Part shown: in pieces, positions 14,301 to 29,238 of the stretch
Position numbering within the stretch: position 1 is the first letter of the stretch
How the letters are laid out: each line of letters begins with the position of its first letter
Assembly: GCA_033442325.1 (NCBI GenBank)
Contig: JAWQFM010000013.1
Location: forward strand, 1,433,035 to 1,497,034
DNA: 64,000 nucleotides
Direction of reading: 5' to 3'
From: Salpingoeca rosetta
Lineage: Eukaryota; Protista; Choanoflagellata
Position numbers and translations under genes: made by a program
The notes under the pieces: model-generated
What the model was told of the DNA's origin: nothing
Databases searched by the model: none
The model's input: the letters and a program-made list of their open reading frames with translations, nothing else

Positions 14301-15385
14301 CGATGCTGCTGCCTGTTGCCGAGGTGGCGGAGGAGGGTGAGGAGGAGGCGAAGGAGGAGGAGCAGCCGGGTGCTATGCAGCACGCCAGACAGGGCGAGCG
14401 CGAAGGGCTGATATTGGATGGCGGTGTCATGCCTGATGATACCGCGGCCCGCACATACCCAAAGTGGAGCAGCGTCGGCAGCAACGGCAGCAGCGTTGGC
14501 GGCTTTGACACTGGAGGCACAGCCACGCCCAGCCTGGCGCACGCGGACGGCACAACCCAGCTGGCAGCCACGCAATCCCACCGCAACCCGCGCCCGTCCA
14601 TTGCCGCGCCAGCAGCGGCAGCCGGGATGATGCAGGCGCGTGCAATGGGCAGCCTGTCGTCGATCGGAGCCGAGCTGCGCGGCCTGGCTACTCACGACGC
14701 CGGGTGGGAGGATGTGCGACGGGCAAGTGTGCTGGATCTGATGGACCTGCCAAGCTCGGACGATGAAGACGACGATGACGATGAGCAAGACCTGCAGACG
14801 GCGCAGAACGAGATGCTGATGGCCATCTCGGGCGTGCTCGGGCAGCACTCCACGCGCGCCGTGCACTCGTGGCTCACGCAGCGAGAGAAGAACACGTCGG
14901 CGTTGCTGGAGATGCTGGCAAACCCGCGGAACCGCTGGCAGCGGGCCGTGTACCAGCTGCTCAAGAAGGGCGCGCTGCAAGCGGGCGCACCACAACAACA
15001 AGAAGCAGAAGAAGAGGCGCAGCTACACCAGGCGCACCGTCAACAACAGCAAGAGCAGTGGCAACACGAGACACCAGCAGCGAGTGTGCCTGGTGTGCCG
15101 CCTCAGGACAGCGGCGTCTGCGGTGTGGATGATGTGCCCGCGCACCCCCGTGCATCAAAGAGAGTCGTGGACTTCTCGCTGCCCGCAACACACAGCATTG
15201 GCTCGTATGATGAGAATGATCGTGGAGACGGGCACAAGGCAGCCCACGCTGATAAAAACGACAACAGTGACAACAAGGAAGACGAAGGTGGCAGCGGTGT
15301 TCGACAAACGAGTGTGTCGGCCGTCCGCGGTCCAATGCGGAGGAGGAGGGCGCGGATGTATGGCCGTCGTGCCACGCAAGTGTGA
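7638..15385 (+). CDS. Gene B: catalytically dead Notum/PAE-like ectodomain fused to an ABCG half-transporter (paralog of gene A)
   Basis: Exons 7638 (or 7668)-8852, 9229-10066, 10315-10412, 10664-10894, 11121-11159, 11420-11490, 11802-12876, 13265-15385. Motifs [35 protein letters not shown]; TM; [32 protein letters not shown]; TMD ([14 protein letters not shown]); long low-complexity tail. Confidence 0.92.
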
Positions 15386-15418
15386 CGGGCGTGTGTGTGT
15401 GTGTGTGTTTTGCGTGTG

Positions 15419-15419
<1 letters not shown>

Positions 15420-15515
<96 letters not shown>

Positions 15516-15640
15516 CGCGGGGGGGGGGGGTGCGCGCGTGTGTGGATGTGTTTGCGTGTGATAATGTGTGTGTGTGTGTGTGTGTGATAGTGTGTGTGTG
15601 TGTGAATGTGTTTGCGTGTGATAATGTGTGTGTGTGTGAT
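15420..15640. repeat. (TG)n microsatellite 3' of gene B, representative of dozens of (TG)/(CA), (CATA), (GAT) and (CAA) tracts in the window
   Basis: Read directly from the sequence. Confidence 0.95.
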
Positions 15641-16115
15641 TGCATGACATGAACTTGGTTTTAGGGTGTTGAATGCACTGCTGGTCAGAGCACGTGGGAT
15701 GTTTCTTTGTGGTTGCTTCGCCTGATTAACTGAACGTATGCATGTTGTTGCTGGATCGCGTGCACATGAGAGTATTTTGATCATATCCTCTGTTGGTTCC
15801 CTCACATACACATTAGCTCTCCCTCGTGCAACTCACACCACCAAATATGTGTGTGTGTGTGTGTGTGGACTCACACAAAAGGACTGTCGTTCTGAGCCAT
15901 GGATGATTGAGGTTTGGAGTGTAGTAATTTGGCGTGGGCACGCCGTCACAACAAGTTGGTGGGAAAGCAGTGGACTGTAAACAGCGCAGTCACAGGAGCA
16001 CACACATCCATGCAGGCAACAGAAGCACGGGCACGGTGCCAGTCAGTGCAGGGAGAGAAAAAACAACATGGAAGGTGGTGGGTGGTGTGTGGAAAGTGGG
16101 TGGCAGGTGACGTGT

Positions 16116-18084
<1,969 letters not shown>

Positions 18085-19210
18085 CGTGGCTGGTGGGAGA
18101 GGGTGATGGTGGTGGCAAAGTTGGTTCTGGCTGTGGGAAAACAAGTGAGTGAGAGAGATTGTGGAGGAAGAAGACAAAACAAAAACAGGCAGGCCGTGTT
18201 TGGACTACACTTTATGTTGACGTTTTTAACAAGAGGCTAGACTGAATTCAGACTTACACACGTTTGGTCCGTTTTTCGTTTTGTTGGTTGGTGTTTCGTT
18301 TTGAGGGCACGAACGAAGGTTTTCGCACACAACCACCACCCCACGTGCCACTCTTCCTTCCTGTTCTGCCACTGCCCTGGAAGCCACAGCAGCCCAACCA
18401 AAGTCCTGCGGCGTTCCTTCTCCCTCATCATGGGCATGATGAAAGAGAGAACGCATGCGTGATGGCTGCAGCCACCAAGCAAGCCAAGCAGTGTGCCCCT
18501 TGCGTGAGCCTTGTCAGCCCTTGCGTTTCGTTGAGTTGGGCTGTCTGTTTCGCCACCCACACACTTCCAACTTCCAAGAACAACCACCTTTGCCAACCAA
18601 CCAAAGACTACTGCCAGGGTTTCATCAGACAAGCGTTTTCGCCTGCCAAAACTCGCACCAGCACAGCAGACAGACAGACAGACCATCCAGCAGCAGCAGC
18701 ATGAGCAAAGCGCCAGCGTGATGTCAATGCATTTATCACACCATACCACACACCACACCTCACCGCGCTCAATCTCGGCGTGCCAGGGCTTCCCAACACA
18801 CGCGCCCGCCGACAGTGGTTGATGTTTAGTTCTCCTGTGATCAGCCTGAACAACGAAGAGCAGCTGCCGTTCCACAACCAACACACACAACACAAGCGAC
18901 CGAGCAACCAACCCACCAACCCACCAAGCAAGCAGACAAGCAAACAACAGCGCACTCATTTCATCAACACGCTGACAGCTCCCTTGTACACCGAGGTGCT
19001 GGCCTTTCTCGGCGTGCTCTCTCAAACGCAGTCGCTCGCCCTTCGCTGCGCTCAACAGACCCGCTTCGACTCCATTGACAAAATCCCTTCCCCCCCCCCT
19101 CCCTTTCTGATTCACGTCATTCGATCGTGCTTCTCTCCCAGCTCTCCATCCGATCACCAAGCACAGCCAGCCGCGTTTCTTTCCCCCCCCCCCAGCTCTA
19201 TCGCACCGAA

Positions 19211-20526
19211 ATGCTTCGCCACGGCGGCATGAGCGAGATGGTGCAGCATCTTCCCCCGCCACCGAGCACGGAGCTCACCATGTTTGCAGAGGATTTGCCC
19301 CTGCAGCTCCACGCTCAGGTTGCTACAGCAGGCCAAGCCTTCAGCTTTGGCTTCGACGACGACGACGACGATGACCATGTTGATGATGACAGCAGCAGCA
19401 CAGACTCCTTTGACGTGCAGGATGAGATTAACCGGCAGCTACTCAAGCTGGAACAAATGAAGCGGTTTGCGATGCAGCCCCAACAACATGCCCTGAACCA
19501 TCATCATGATCAACGACAGCAGCTTAAACCACAACAGCTACAGCACCAACAATCACAACGGCAGCAGCAGCAACACGAACCAAACCATCAGCACCAGCAC
19601 CAGCACCAAGCGCCACCGCTGAGCGCGAATGCAAAGACTTGCCCAATTCTTGCTCGTGCTGACGAGGGTGCTGTATCTTGCTCATCAGGAACGTCATCGT
19701 CATCCTCCGCGCCGGCGACGGCAACGCCCCGGCTCCACCAGCAAGCGCACACTCAACCACCTCCCTCCTCCTCATCGCCGTTGAAGCCATTTCCCCAGAC
19801 CCACCGCCTCCAGCATCACGAGCAGCGCCAACAGTCGCCACGCCTGTCCCCGTTTTCGCGATTGCACGAACCAGATCCGCGGCAGCAGGATTCGGCCCCC
19901 CTGACAACAACCCCGCCCAACGCGCAAAGAAAACGGGGCACCACCGGCAGTGTGGAGGTTACCGCACGTGCAACCACGCACAACGGGTTCAGTCCACCGC
20001 CGACTACCTCACACATGCCAGCACAACACGCCCCGCTCCAGTTCCAGCCGTTTGCTGGAGCAACAAAGGGATCAGTGCTGCCTGCAAGCACGAGCAGCAG
20101 CGACCCCAGCGCGGCAGCCACAGCAGCACCTGCAACTGCGTGGCTGTCAACACGAGGTGGTGCTGAAAGCAACCAGCGACGCTCATCACTGCAGAAGGAG
20201 ATTGATCACTTTTTCTCCACACCAGACATCACAATGGAGCTCTCTGGTCTCGGGTCGCTGCCTCCGCTTGATAACTGCGGAAGCGTGTGGTGGTCGCCAG
20301 CACCGTCATCACCGCTACTGCCCCAGTCGTCGTCGCACGCGGCAGACGCAGGGACGGGGCTACCACAGCCCATGCTGTTGCAACAGCAACCACAGCAGCA
20401 ACAAGGCTTGCAACAACAACAACAACAACAACAACAACAACGACAGCAGCAACGACAGCAGCAACAAGACCTGCAGCATCAAGGCTTGCAACAACAACAA
20501 CGACAGCAGCAACAATGCCTCCTGCC

Positions 20527-20619
<93 letters not shown>

Positions 20620-21352
20620 GCAGCAGCAGCAGCACAGGTTGGTGTCAGAGCCAGTGCGTGCACGAATGTCGTCACCTCCAATTCCCGTCAACCACACTAG
20701 CACCATGCCAAAACCAGCAGCGGTGCCACCAGTAGCGACAACGCCAACAAACCTCGCGATGGATGCCGCTTTTGGCACTGCTGCCACTGCACTCAACCAA
20801 GACACGTTGAACGTGTCACCGTCTCCCCTCAGACCAATCGCGTCTCCTGTTCCAAGCCAGCAGCAGACACACCAACAGCGTGCCCACACACTGCACTTCC
20901 ACAACGGCAACATCAGCAACGACGTCAGCAGCAACAGCAATAACAGCAGCACTGCGAGTGCCGTTGCTTGCACTCTGCCGAAGCCACCACCTGCACGCGT
21001 GGTGCAGTGCCCCGTGTGCGGTGGCCGTGGCCGCAAGAGTCGTCACAAGGTGTGCGGCTGCTGCTACAGCGGCGTCTTCAACGACATCAACAAGTACCTT
21101 CGCCACAACGCGCACGTGGTTGCACAGGGTTCATTGACTGTGGATGAGCTGGCGGTTGGCCTCAAGGCCATGCCGCGTGGGTGCCGCAACGGCTACACAT
21201 GCACGCAGGCTGCATTCTCGGGACCCAAGGAAACACGATGCACACGCTGCCGCAGCGTATTTGCGTGCTCTGCTGTTCCAAAGTTTGCACACATGCTTCT
21301 GCGTCGCGCCATTCTCAACGCACGAAAGCAAGCTGCTCGCATGTCAACCTGA
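19211..21352 (+). CDS. Gene C: intronless Q/S/P-rich protein with C-terminal 8-Cys double zinc-finger (putative transcription factor)
   Basis: Single long ORF (first ATG 19211; start uncertain) with poly-Q tracts. C-terminal CPVC-x11-CGCC-x39-C-x5-C-x12-CTRCR, homologous to gene D. Confidence 0.85.
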
Positions 21353-21396
21353 ACTTTGCACTTTGGTGTGTGTGTGTATGTGTGTGTGTATGTGTG

Positions 21397-21427
<31 letters not shown>

Positions 21428-22361
21428 TGGGTGGTTGAGTTAGGTTTGGCTTGTGTCTGCTTCAGGATAGCATCGTTTCCTTTCTGCCTGTGCATTGCGC
21501 TACTTTGCGGTTTGTGCCTCCGCCGCGACCTTCTCCTCATTTCCCTCGTCCTCTTCCTCCTTCCCCCTCCTGTTCCGCACGTGTTTCTCTTTCTTCCTTT
21601 CCTCTTCTTCTTGACTGTGCATGGTCAGTGCTTTTGCTGTGCTGAAGCTGCATTGCGTGCTCTGATTGATTAAACCTTGTACAAAAACTACGACACACTG
21701 ACTGCTTGACCCGGAGCAATGCGACACAAACACACACAAACACAGACACAGACACACAGACACACACACACAGACACAAACACACAGACACAAACACACA
21801 GACACAGACACAGACACAGAGACACACACACGCACATCAATCATCAGTGCTTGGTGGTGGCATCAAGGACCGGCTATCCCTGGCATGCTCTCTTCCCACA
21901 CACAAGAGCAATTGTTCAGACAAGTGAATCTACTCTCCTTGGCTCCGTTCTTGTGCTTGCAAGCACCCGAGTACCCGTGTACCTGCAGTGCGCAGTAAAG
22001 ACACTGAAAGGCAATGCGTCGATGGCGTGGGGGGTTTGTTCTTCATTGTGGACCAGACTGTTGTTGCCTGAGGTGACACAACAATGCCGCCTCCATGCAC
22101 AGTGCGCATGCACAAGCCAATACGTGCATACGTGTTGAATACAGGGGCGGCGCAAGAATGGAACACACAGCCTACATGAAAACAAGTCCGCAAAGGCACA
22201 AGCTAACTTACAACAGGTCTAAGTTGTCATCACAATCGAGGAAACGGCTACAGCGCAAGTGCACACACGGGTATATAGTAGCAAAGTAGAAGGAAGGATA
22301 ACGAGGGGTGAGGAGAGTTGAGTATGGTCGTCGTCGTCGTCGTTATTGTTGTTGTTGTTGC

Positions 22362-22415
<54 letters not shown>

Positions 22416-22523
22416 GGTTGTTGTGGTTGCTGTTGTTGTTGCTGTTGTCGTCATCGAGACGCTGCGATGATGAGGCGCACGGGCCAATTGCGGTGCCCAT
22501 GCTGACGGAAAGGACGTGGCCGT

Positions 22524-23147
22524 TCAGTCTGACGTTGGAAGCACTTTCCGTTCGCGTTGTCGCTCAATCACTGTGCAGCAGCAAGCACACACACGCAGGA
22601 AGAAGAACGTGAGTTGAAGATCCATCACAGTTTTGGGGGCTGGCCTCGGCAGTGCAACGAAAGCGGGTCCACAACAAACAGATCTCACACACACACATAA
22701 TCACACATAATTATCATACACACACATACACACACACACACACGTTGCCGGACGAGTGCGGGGCATGTGCGGGTCAGGGCAATGGACCGACAGCGGGTGC
22801 ACTTGTTGTCCTCTGCGTGAGTTGTTGCGTTGCCATCCACCGAACAGTGACACACAGCAGAAGGGGCCTTTGTGAGCTAACAACGAGAAGCAGCAGCAGA
22901 GGCAGGCAATGTTTCCTGTGTCGAAGAGTCGAGGGCACAACCCAGCAACGTACATGTTTGCTTGTTTTGCTCACCATTGTCGTATTTGTATGCGTTGGGT
23001 GTACACCGGTAATTGTTGGTGCATCCGCGAGATACCGATTGTAAATCTGCACACGCACACATGTGGTTCATTGTGACATGGTCATGATGATACCCCACAT
23101 TAGCATCACAAGTCCGGAAGGACAAAGGGTAGCCACCAAGCGACTTT

Positions 23148-23185
<38 letters not shown>

Positions 23186-23195
23186 TGACATGTCT

Positions 23196-23229
<34 letters not shown>

Positions 23230-23269
23230 ACACGCACACGCACACACACGCACACATACTGACATGTCT

Positions 23270-23302
<33 letters not shown>

Positions 23303-23954
23303 TACTGACATGCCTGCCCACACACATGCCCATGCGGTCGCATGCATACCTCAGAGTGGGCATGTTTCGACACAACTCAGCACATCACAACAACACATCA
23401 CAACTCGCGTACGTACGTGATACGAAAGCTTGCAGGTCTGGGTCTGTGTCTGGTGTGTACTCGGGATGGTTTCGTAGCACTTTGCCAATGTCGTTGTAGA
23501 CACCCCTGAGATGACGATGCGCAGAGTTGCGACGTAGGTGTGAGTGAATGTGTGTGTGTGTGTGAATGTGTGTGTGTGAATGTGTGTGTGTGTGTGTAGC
23601 AAACACGGTAACGGTAAGGATTAAACATGAGTGAGCTGAGAGAGCGATGACGGCTGCTATAGTCGTGTCACAAACATGCATGTTGATGCAAACAACACTG
23701 CAAGCGTAACCCGTGGACAGCTCACAATCAATCAATCAATATCACTCGTGCTAAACTCACCCGTAGCAGAGACGACACACTCTGTGAAGGAGAAGGGTGG
23801 GCGTGGTGAAAAAGGAGAGGTTCGTTTTAACACGAGCGTGAGCTAACGTGAAGGATATCAGTGGCAGGCGTTGAAATCCGGCAAGATCGCATCCAGACCG
23901 AAACACGCATACACACACACACACATACACACACACGCACACGCACACACACAT

Positions 23955-24004
<50 letters not shown>

Positions 24005-25949
24005 GCGCGCGCACAGCTACATACCTGTTGTAGGAGCGCCTGCCGGGTCCTTGGCAGATGGGGCACTGCATGCGCTTGGACTGGTTCTTGTAGAACCAGC
24101 CTTCGCGAACTGTCCGTGCCCGCCCAACACCCGCGTGCTGCCGCCGTCGTTGCTGTGGCTGGTCACCATCAATATGCTCAACACCATCACCCTCACCAGT
24201 ACCCTCATCACCGTCTGTTGTGCCAGGCGTGTGGCGTGTGCTGCGTCTTCTAGGGCGCCTGCGCCTTCTTTGTTTTCTTTGCGTGTGGTTGTGGTGGTCT
24301 CCAGGACAATGCACGCCATCGTTGCACTCACCGCCATCCCCGACGCCGTCAATCCCATCAATGCCATCGATCCCATCAATGCCATCGATCCCATCAATGC
24401 CATCGATTCCATCAATGTGGTCGTCATAATCACCAATGCCATAATTGTCACCATCGCCACCACCACCACCACCACCAACATCACCACCGCCAACACCAAC
24501 ATCATCATCATTACCAACACGGCCTGCATTGCCGTCACCAACACCATCGTTCTGCTGCAGCATAAGCTCGCCATCCTCCAATGCATGCGCCAGACGCATG
24601 TTGTCGTCGCCGTCATCACCATCACCATCACCATCACCATCACCATCACCATCACCATCACCATCACCACCATCACCATCAAGCACACCCAGCCCTAGAG
24701 CACTGCCGATGCTGCCGTTGTTGTCAGTGTTGCCAGTCCTGGTGCCTTGGACATGATGGAATGCGTGTGCCAGGGCCTGCATCGTGTCAGTACGCCCTTC
24801 AGTCGGCGCTGACTGCGTGGGCGGTGTACTTGCTGCAACGCCAGCAAGCGTCGGTTCATGCAGCTGCTGGTGGAGCTGCCATGGGAAATGGAGCGGCAGG
24901 GGCAACGGAAGTTGTTGCTGGTGTTGCTGTGGCGGTGGAGCAATGTTGCCTTCGTCGAGATCAGCTTCAGCAAGGCTGCCGCGGGGCAACCCTTGTTCGT
25001 CAGCATCAGCTGCTGACAGGAATGCCGCTTTGGTGTCAGGCAGCCCGGCGCTTGTTGAGTGTATACGCCGCTTCCCCTGCTGCTTCCCCGCAAACCCGCT
25101 ACTGTTGGTGTTGTTGGTGTTGTTGGTGTTGCTGCTGCGGCCACTGGCGCTCGCAGTGCCTGCCGTATCCGTTGTTTGGTTCGATGGGCGGGGCTGCCTA
25201 CGCTGTGACCGTGTGGGCACAGCAGTAGCAGGCTGCGGCAGCGGTTCCATGGTGCTGGACAGATACGGCATGACGGGCGCGAGTGGTGTTGGTGCTGCAT
25301 TGGGGTGCGCCTGGGCTGAGGGTTGTGCAGGCACACCCACGTGCTGCGGCCACCCAACATGCTGTTGTTGCTGCTGTTCCAGCGTCTGTTGTGGGGAGAA
25401 AAACTGAAGAAGCGCAAGCAAGGCGTCGTTCGGCAGCTGGTCCTGACGATGGGCGTTGCCTGCAGGCACGGTGGATAGCGCAAGACCGCCCCCAACCAAC
25501 CCAGTTGCCGTTGACGGTGCAGGCGCTTGCTGTTGCTGCTGCTGCTGGTGCTGGTGCTGGTGCTGCCGTTGCTGGTACTGTTGTTGTGGTTGTTGTTGCG
25601 CTGTGGCAGGGGGGTTGACTAGTGAAGAGGGGGAGGATGATGACGGGTGCGGGGTGCGCACAGGCGCACTGCCATTGGTGCTCCACCGCACCAACGATGC
25701 AGCGGGTATCGGTGTCTGCTGCACCTGCGCATCAACCACAGCCGGAGCGGACGTGACAGCAACCGAGTTGGGCTGGTGCTGCTGGTGCTGGCGTTGTTGT
25801 TGGTGCTGCTTGTGCTGGTGCTGCTGGTGTTCTGGCAGGGATTGGATGAAGGAGACCAAGCTGGGCGTCGTCAGCGGCGGGTTTCCTTGTGCATCGGGCT
25901 CATGATGCACGTGTGGTGCAAGCAGTGCCTCCAACACCTGCTGCAGCTG

Positions 25950-25980
<31 letters not shown>

Positions 25981-25991
25981 TGTCGTCGTCG

Positions 25992-26026
<35 letters not shown>

Positions 26027-26954
26027 GCTGTTGTTGTTGTTGTTGTTGTTGTTGTTGAGTGATGTGGGTTGGCGCTGCTTGCACGCCGGCCACCACCTGT
26101 CCCTGGTGTGCAGGGGCGGTTGCGCTGCTGGCCTCCCCTTCGACAGGAGCTTGCTGGGTCTTGCTTGTGGTGTCGGCTGTGCGGTCGATGGTGGTATTGC
26201 CATTGACAACACTGCCAGCGGCACTCGTGGCGCTGCTGTGGTGGGCAGGTGCGGCATGGGCGTTGTGTTTGTTGACTGTGGCTGACGCAGGGGATGGTGT
26301 CACTGCCTGCTCTGGCGGGCGTCCGTGCTGCTGAGGATGCTGAGGCTGGGACGGCTGCTGCCATGCGAGAAATGGGGATGCATCGAACGATGGCATGCTG
26401 GCAACACCAACAGCACCGTGTGCCTGTGGGATCGGTTGCTGTGAGCTTGTGGCTCTGCCGGCTTGGCCAACTTGGGTGGAAGCCCTACTCGCAACTTTTG
26501 CGTTACCCTGCTGCTGCTGCTGCTGTTGCTGTTGGAGCGCGCCCTGCAAGATCGCCAGCTGTGACAGTTGCTGGCATGCAACCAGCGCAGCCTGCGGGCT
26601 GGGCCGATTGGCACTGGTCGGGGACATGAGCCATTGTGTGAGGGTGGCAAGTGCCTGCATGTGCTGGGCGTCCGCGCCATGCCCTGTCCGAATCGCTTGC
26701 GCCTGTTGTTGCGGGTGCTGTTGTGGGTGTTGTTGTGGGTGTTGTTGTGGGTGCTGTTGCTGAATGGGATGCAGCGCTTGCGGTTGCAGGGGATCAGAAG
26801 AATGTTGTTGTTGCTGCTGCTGCCGTTGTTGTCGTTGTGAGCGGAGGAGAGTACGAGCCGTCGTGCCCGGGTCGTCCACAGCTTCGGGGGGCAACCAGCC
26901 CGCTCGACGTCGCTGCGGCTGCCGCGGTGGCTGTGTTGGCGGCGGCTTGCCCAT
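22524..26954 (-). CDS. Gene D: Q-rich protein with the same C-terminal 8-Cys double zinc-finger (paralog of gene C)
   Basis: Exons 26954-24025, 23781-23761, 23505-23417, 23046-22975, 22812-22744, 22570-22524, all GT-AG and phase-consistent. They give ..[90 protein letters not shown]. Confidence 0.85.
24335..24690 (-). repeat. Coding acidic repeats (DGI)n and (GD)n in gene D
   Basis: 18-bp unit cccatcaatgccatcgat and (catcac)n on the + strand, translating as DGIDGI and GDGDGD. Confidence 0.85.
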
Positions 26955-28659
26955 GCTTCATGTATGTGTGCAGCGTTGTCCGAAGATCGGGCCCATGCAG
27001 AGATCAAAGCGAGTTGTTGAATGAGAACAAAGGCCGCCTTGTGGTGTGCAGGTTCACGCGCATGCGCGGACCACAATCCTGAGGCAGCCGGGCCAGCCAA
27101 ATACAGGTGCGAATCAAACGCTTGTTTGGTGATGAATGGGGATGTCCTTGGAGACTGTTGCCTGTACCAGGCACGTGTGGGCGGTGCTGGTGTGGAGATG
27201 GGGCGTTTGGTATCGCGGGGGTGTGGTGTGGTGTGGTGCGACCTTTGTGTGAGCTGTTAGAAAGTGCGCACCGCCCTCTGCTCGCGCATGTGCGTGTGTG
27301 CGTGAGTGTATCTTGGCTGCTGGGGGGGGGGGGTTGCTGTGGCCGGGGTTGCTGGAGGTTGCCTCCTTGGGTGGTGGTTAGAGCTGGTGGGGCAGGTATG
27401 CAAGCAGAGGCAATGATGAAGACGCACGAGTCTGCAATGACGTGCGTGTTATGTACAAACGCGTGGGGCCACACAAAAGAACGCTGGTGTTGTTGGTGTT
27501 GGTGTTGGTGTTGGTGTTGCTGGTGCTGGTGCCGTGAGGTGTGGGTTTGTAGCGGTTGTTGTGCTATTGCTGTATCGACCGCACACACCGAGACAGACAG
27601 CCAGCCACCCGCAGTCCTGTTGGTGCAACCTGAGCGGTGGTTGCTTTGCTGTGGAGGATGATGCAAACACGCGTGCGAGTCTTCCGCGAAGGGTGACGTG
27701 GACGCAACGCAAACGCCTTTTGGACAGGGGAATCAGACGCAATGTTGCACGCTGGCCAAGCAGACAGAGGGTGTGCTTGTTGCTTCTGCGTGGTGTGGCG
27801 TATGCTTGGTGTGCGTCACTTTGGGTGGGGTCGCAACCGGTTTGAAGCGCGTCTTAAGCAAGCTTGTTGGGGCGGTGGTGGGCGAAGGTGGACGCACACC
27901 AAGCAAGCAATCAATCACGTTCGCACACCAATCAAGCAAGCACAACAACCCAAAGCACGATCTCTCAAGTGGATTGGTAACGAGTGGGCGAACACGCGCG
28001 CGAGCACCTCACGAGGGTGGCCAAAACACAACCACAAGCAGGAGGAGGCGGACGAGGCAGAAAAGGCAATCACACACATGCCACACGCACAAACGCGAAC
28101 CACCAATCAATCAGACGCACGCACGCAAGCAAGCACGCGCGAGCAATCGACCCATGAAGATGGGAGTGGAAATAGCAAGAAACACCCTGCCGTTGGCAGA
28201 TGCGCAAGTTTGGCCCAGGCGCAAAGCAGCACAATAACGCAACGCTACCGCGAAGTGGAAATCCAAAACCCATCGCCCCAACGAACCAGGCCAGTCGCCC
28301 GTGATGATGATGATGATGTTTTGCAAGCATGCACCAGCTGCTGGCGTGTGTGTGTTTTCTTGGAAACTAAACGAAACGATTTTGCAATCCACTTCCAAGA
28401 ATCAGCGGGTTTGATGCGACTTTAATGTTGCAAAAAACGCTCACGAAGCAACGCAACGCGGGCGTGAGCAAGCAACAAACACACGCAACCCACCAAACAG
28501 GCACGAAAAACAAAGAGAGGCAACAACGTGTCAACGAAGAGAAGCAACAAGGCAAGAGCGGACAAGCCACATCTCACATCATCACATCAAGGCACGTCAT
28601 GTCTCATGCTGCAGGCAAAGCGCATCTTCCCGCCCCCCTGCCGCTGGCCGCCTTCAGCT

Positions 28660-28923
28660 TCAGGATGGCGGCACGCCAATGGTCGGGTAGACGTTGTCGA
28701 AGAGGATGCCGCAGGTGCCGCACACCTATGGCCAAAGCAGACAATAGCACGCGATGTGAATACATGAGCACTTAGGGTCACATCACTCAAGAATGGCATC
28801 GAGTCAAAGCGACGAGAGGTCTGGGGAGGAGGGAGAAGGGTGTTGCAAGCACAACCCAGCAAGCATAACCCCCTCCCGCTTTACATCTCTCCATCTGTCT
28901 CTGTTTCTGTCTCTGTCTCTCTG

Positions 28924-29020
<97 letters not shown>

Positions 29021-29180
29021 CGCGCACACACACGCACGCACCTTGACTTTGTCGGGGCCGCCCTTGCAGCCGCTGCCGTCCTGGGGAGTGATGTCCATGC
29101 CACAGCGACCACCCTGATGGGACAAGCGGGGCGAGGGGGCGAGGAGATAAGGAGGGGGGGGGAGTGAGGGGTGAGAAATG

Positions 29181-29238
<58 letters not shown>

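Noticed and set aside
21353-22523. Possible small gene or ncRNA between genes C and D
   Set aside because: No recognisable RNA motif or spliceable ORF; consistent with convergent 3' UTRs containing repeats.
19211-26954. Calling genes C and D true nuclear receptors
   Set aside because: No ligand-binding domain, no P-box/FFRR motif and an altered linker. Only the Cys spacing resemblance is supported.
26955-28659. ORFs in the gap between gene D and the cathepsin
   Set aside because: Low-complexity with no coherent exon chain or motif; probably UTR or promoter.
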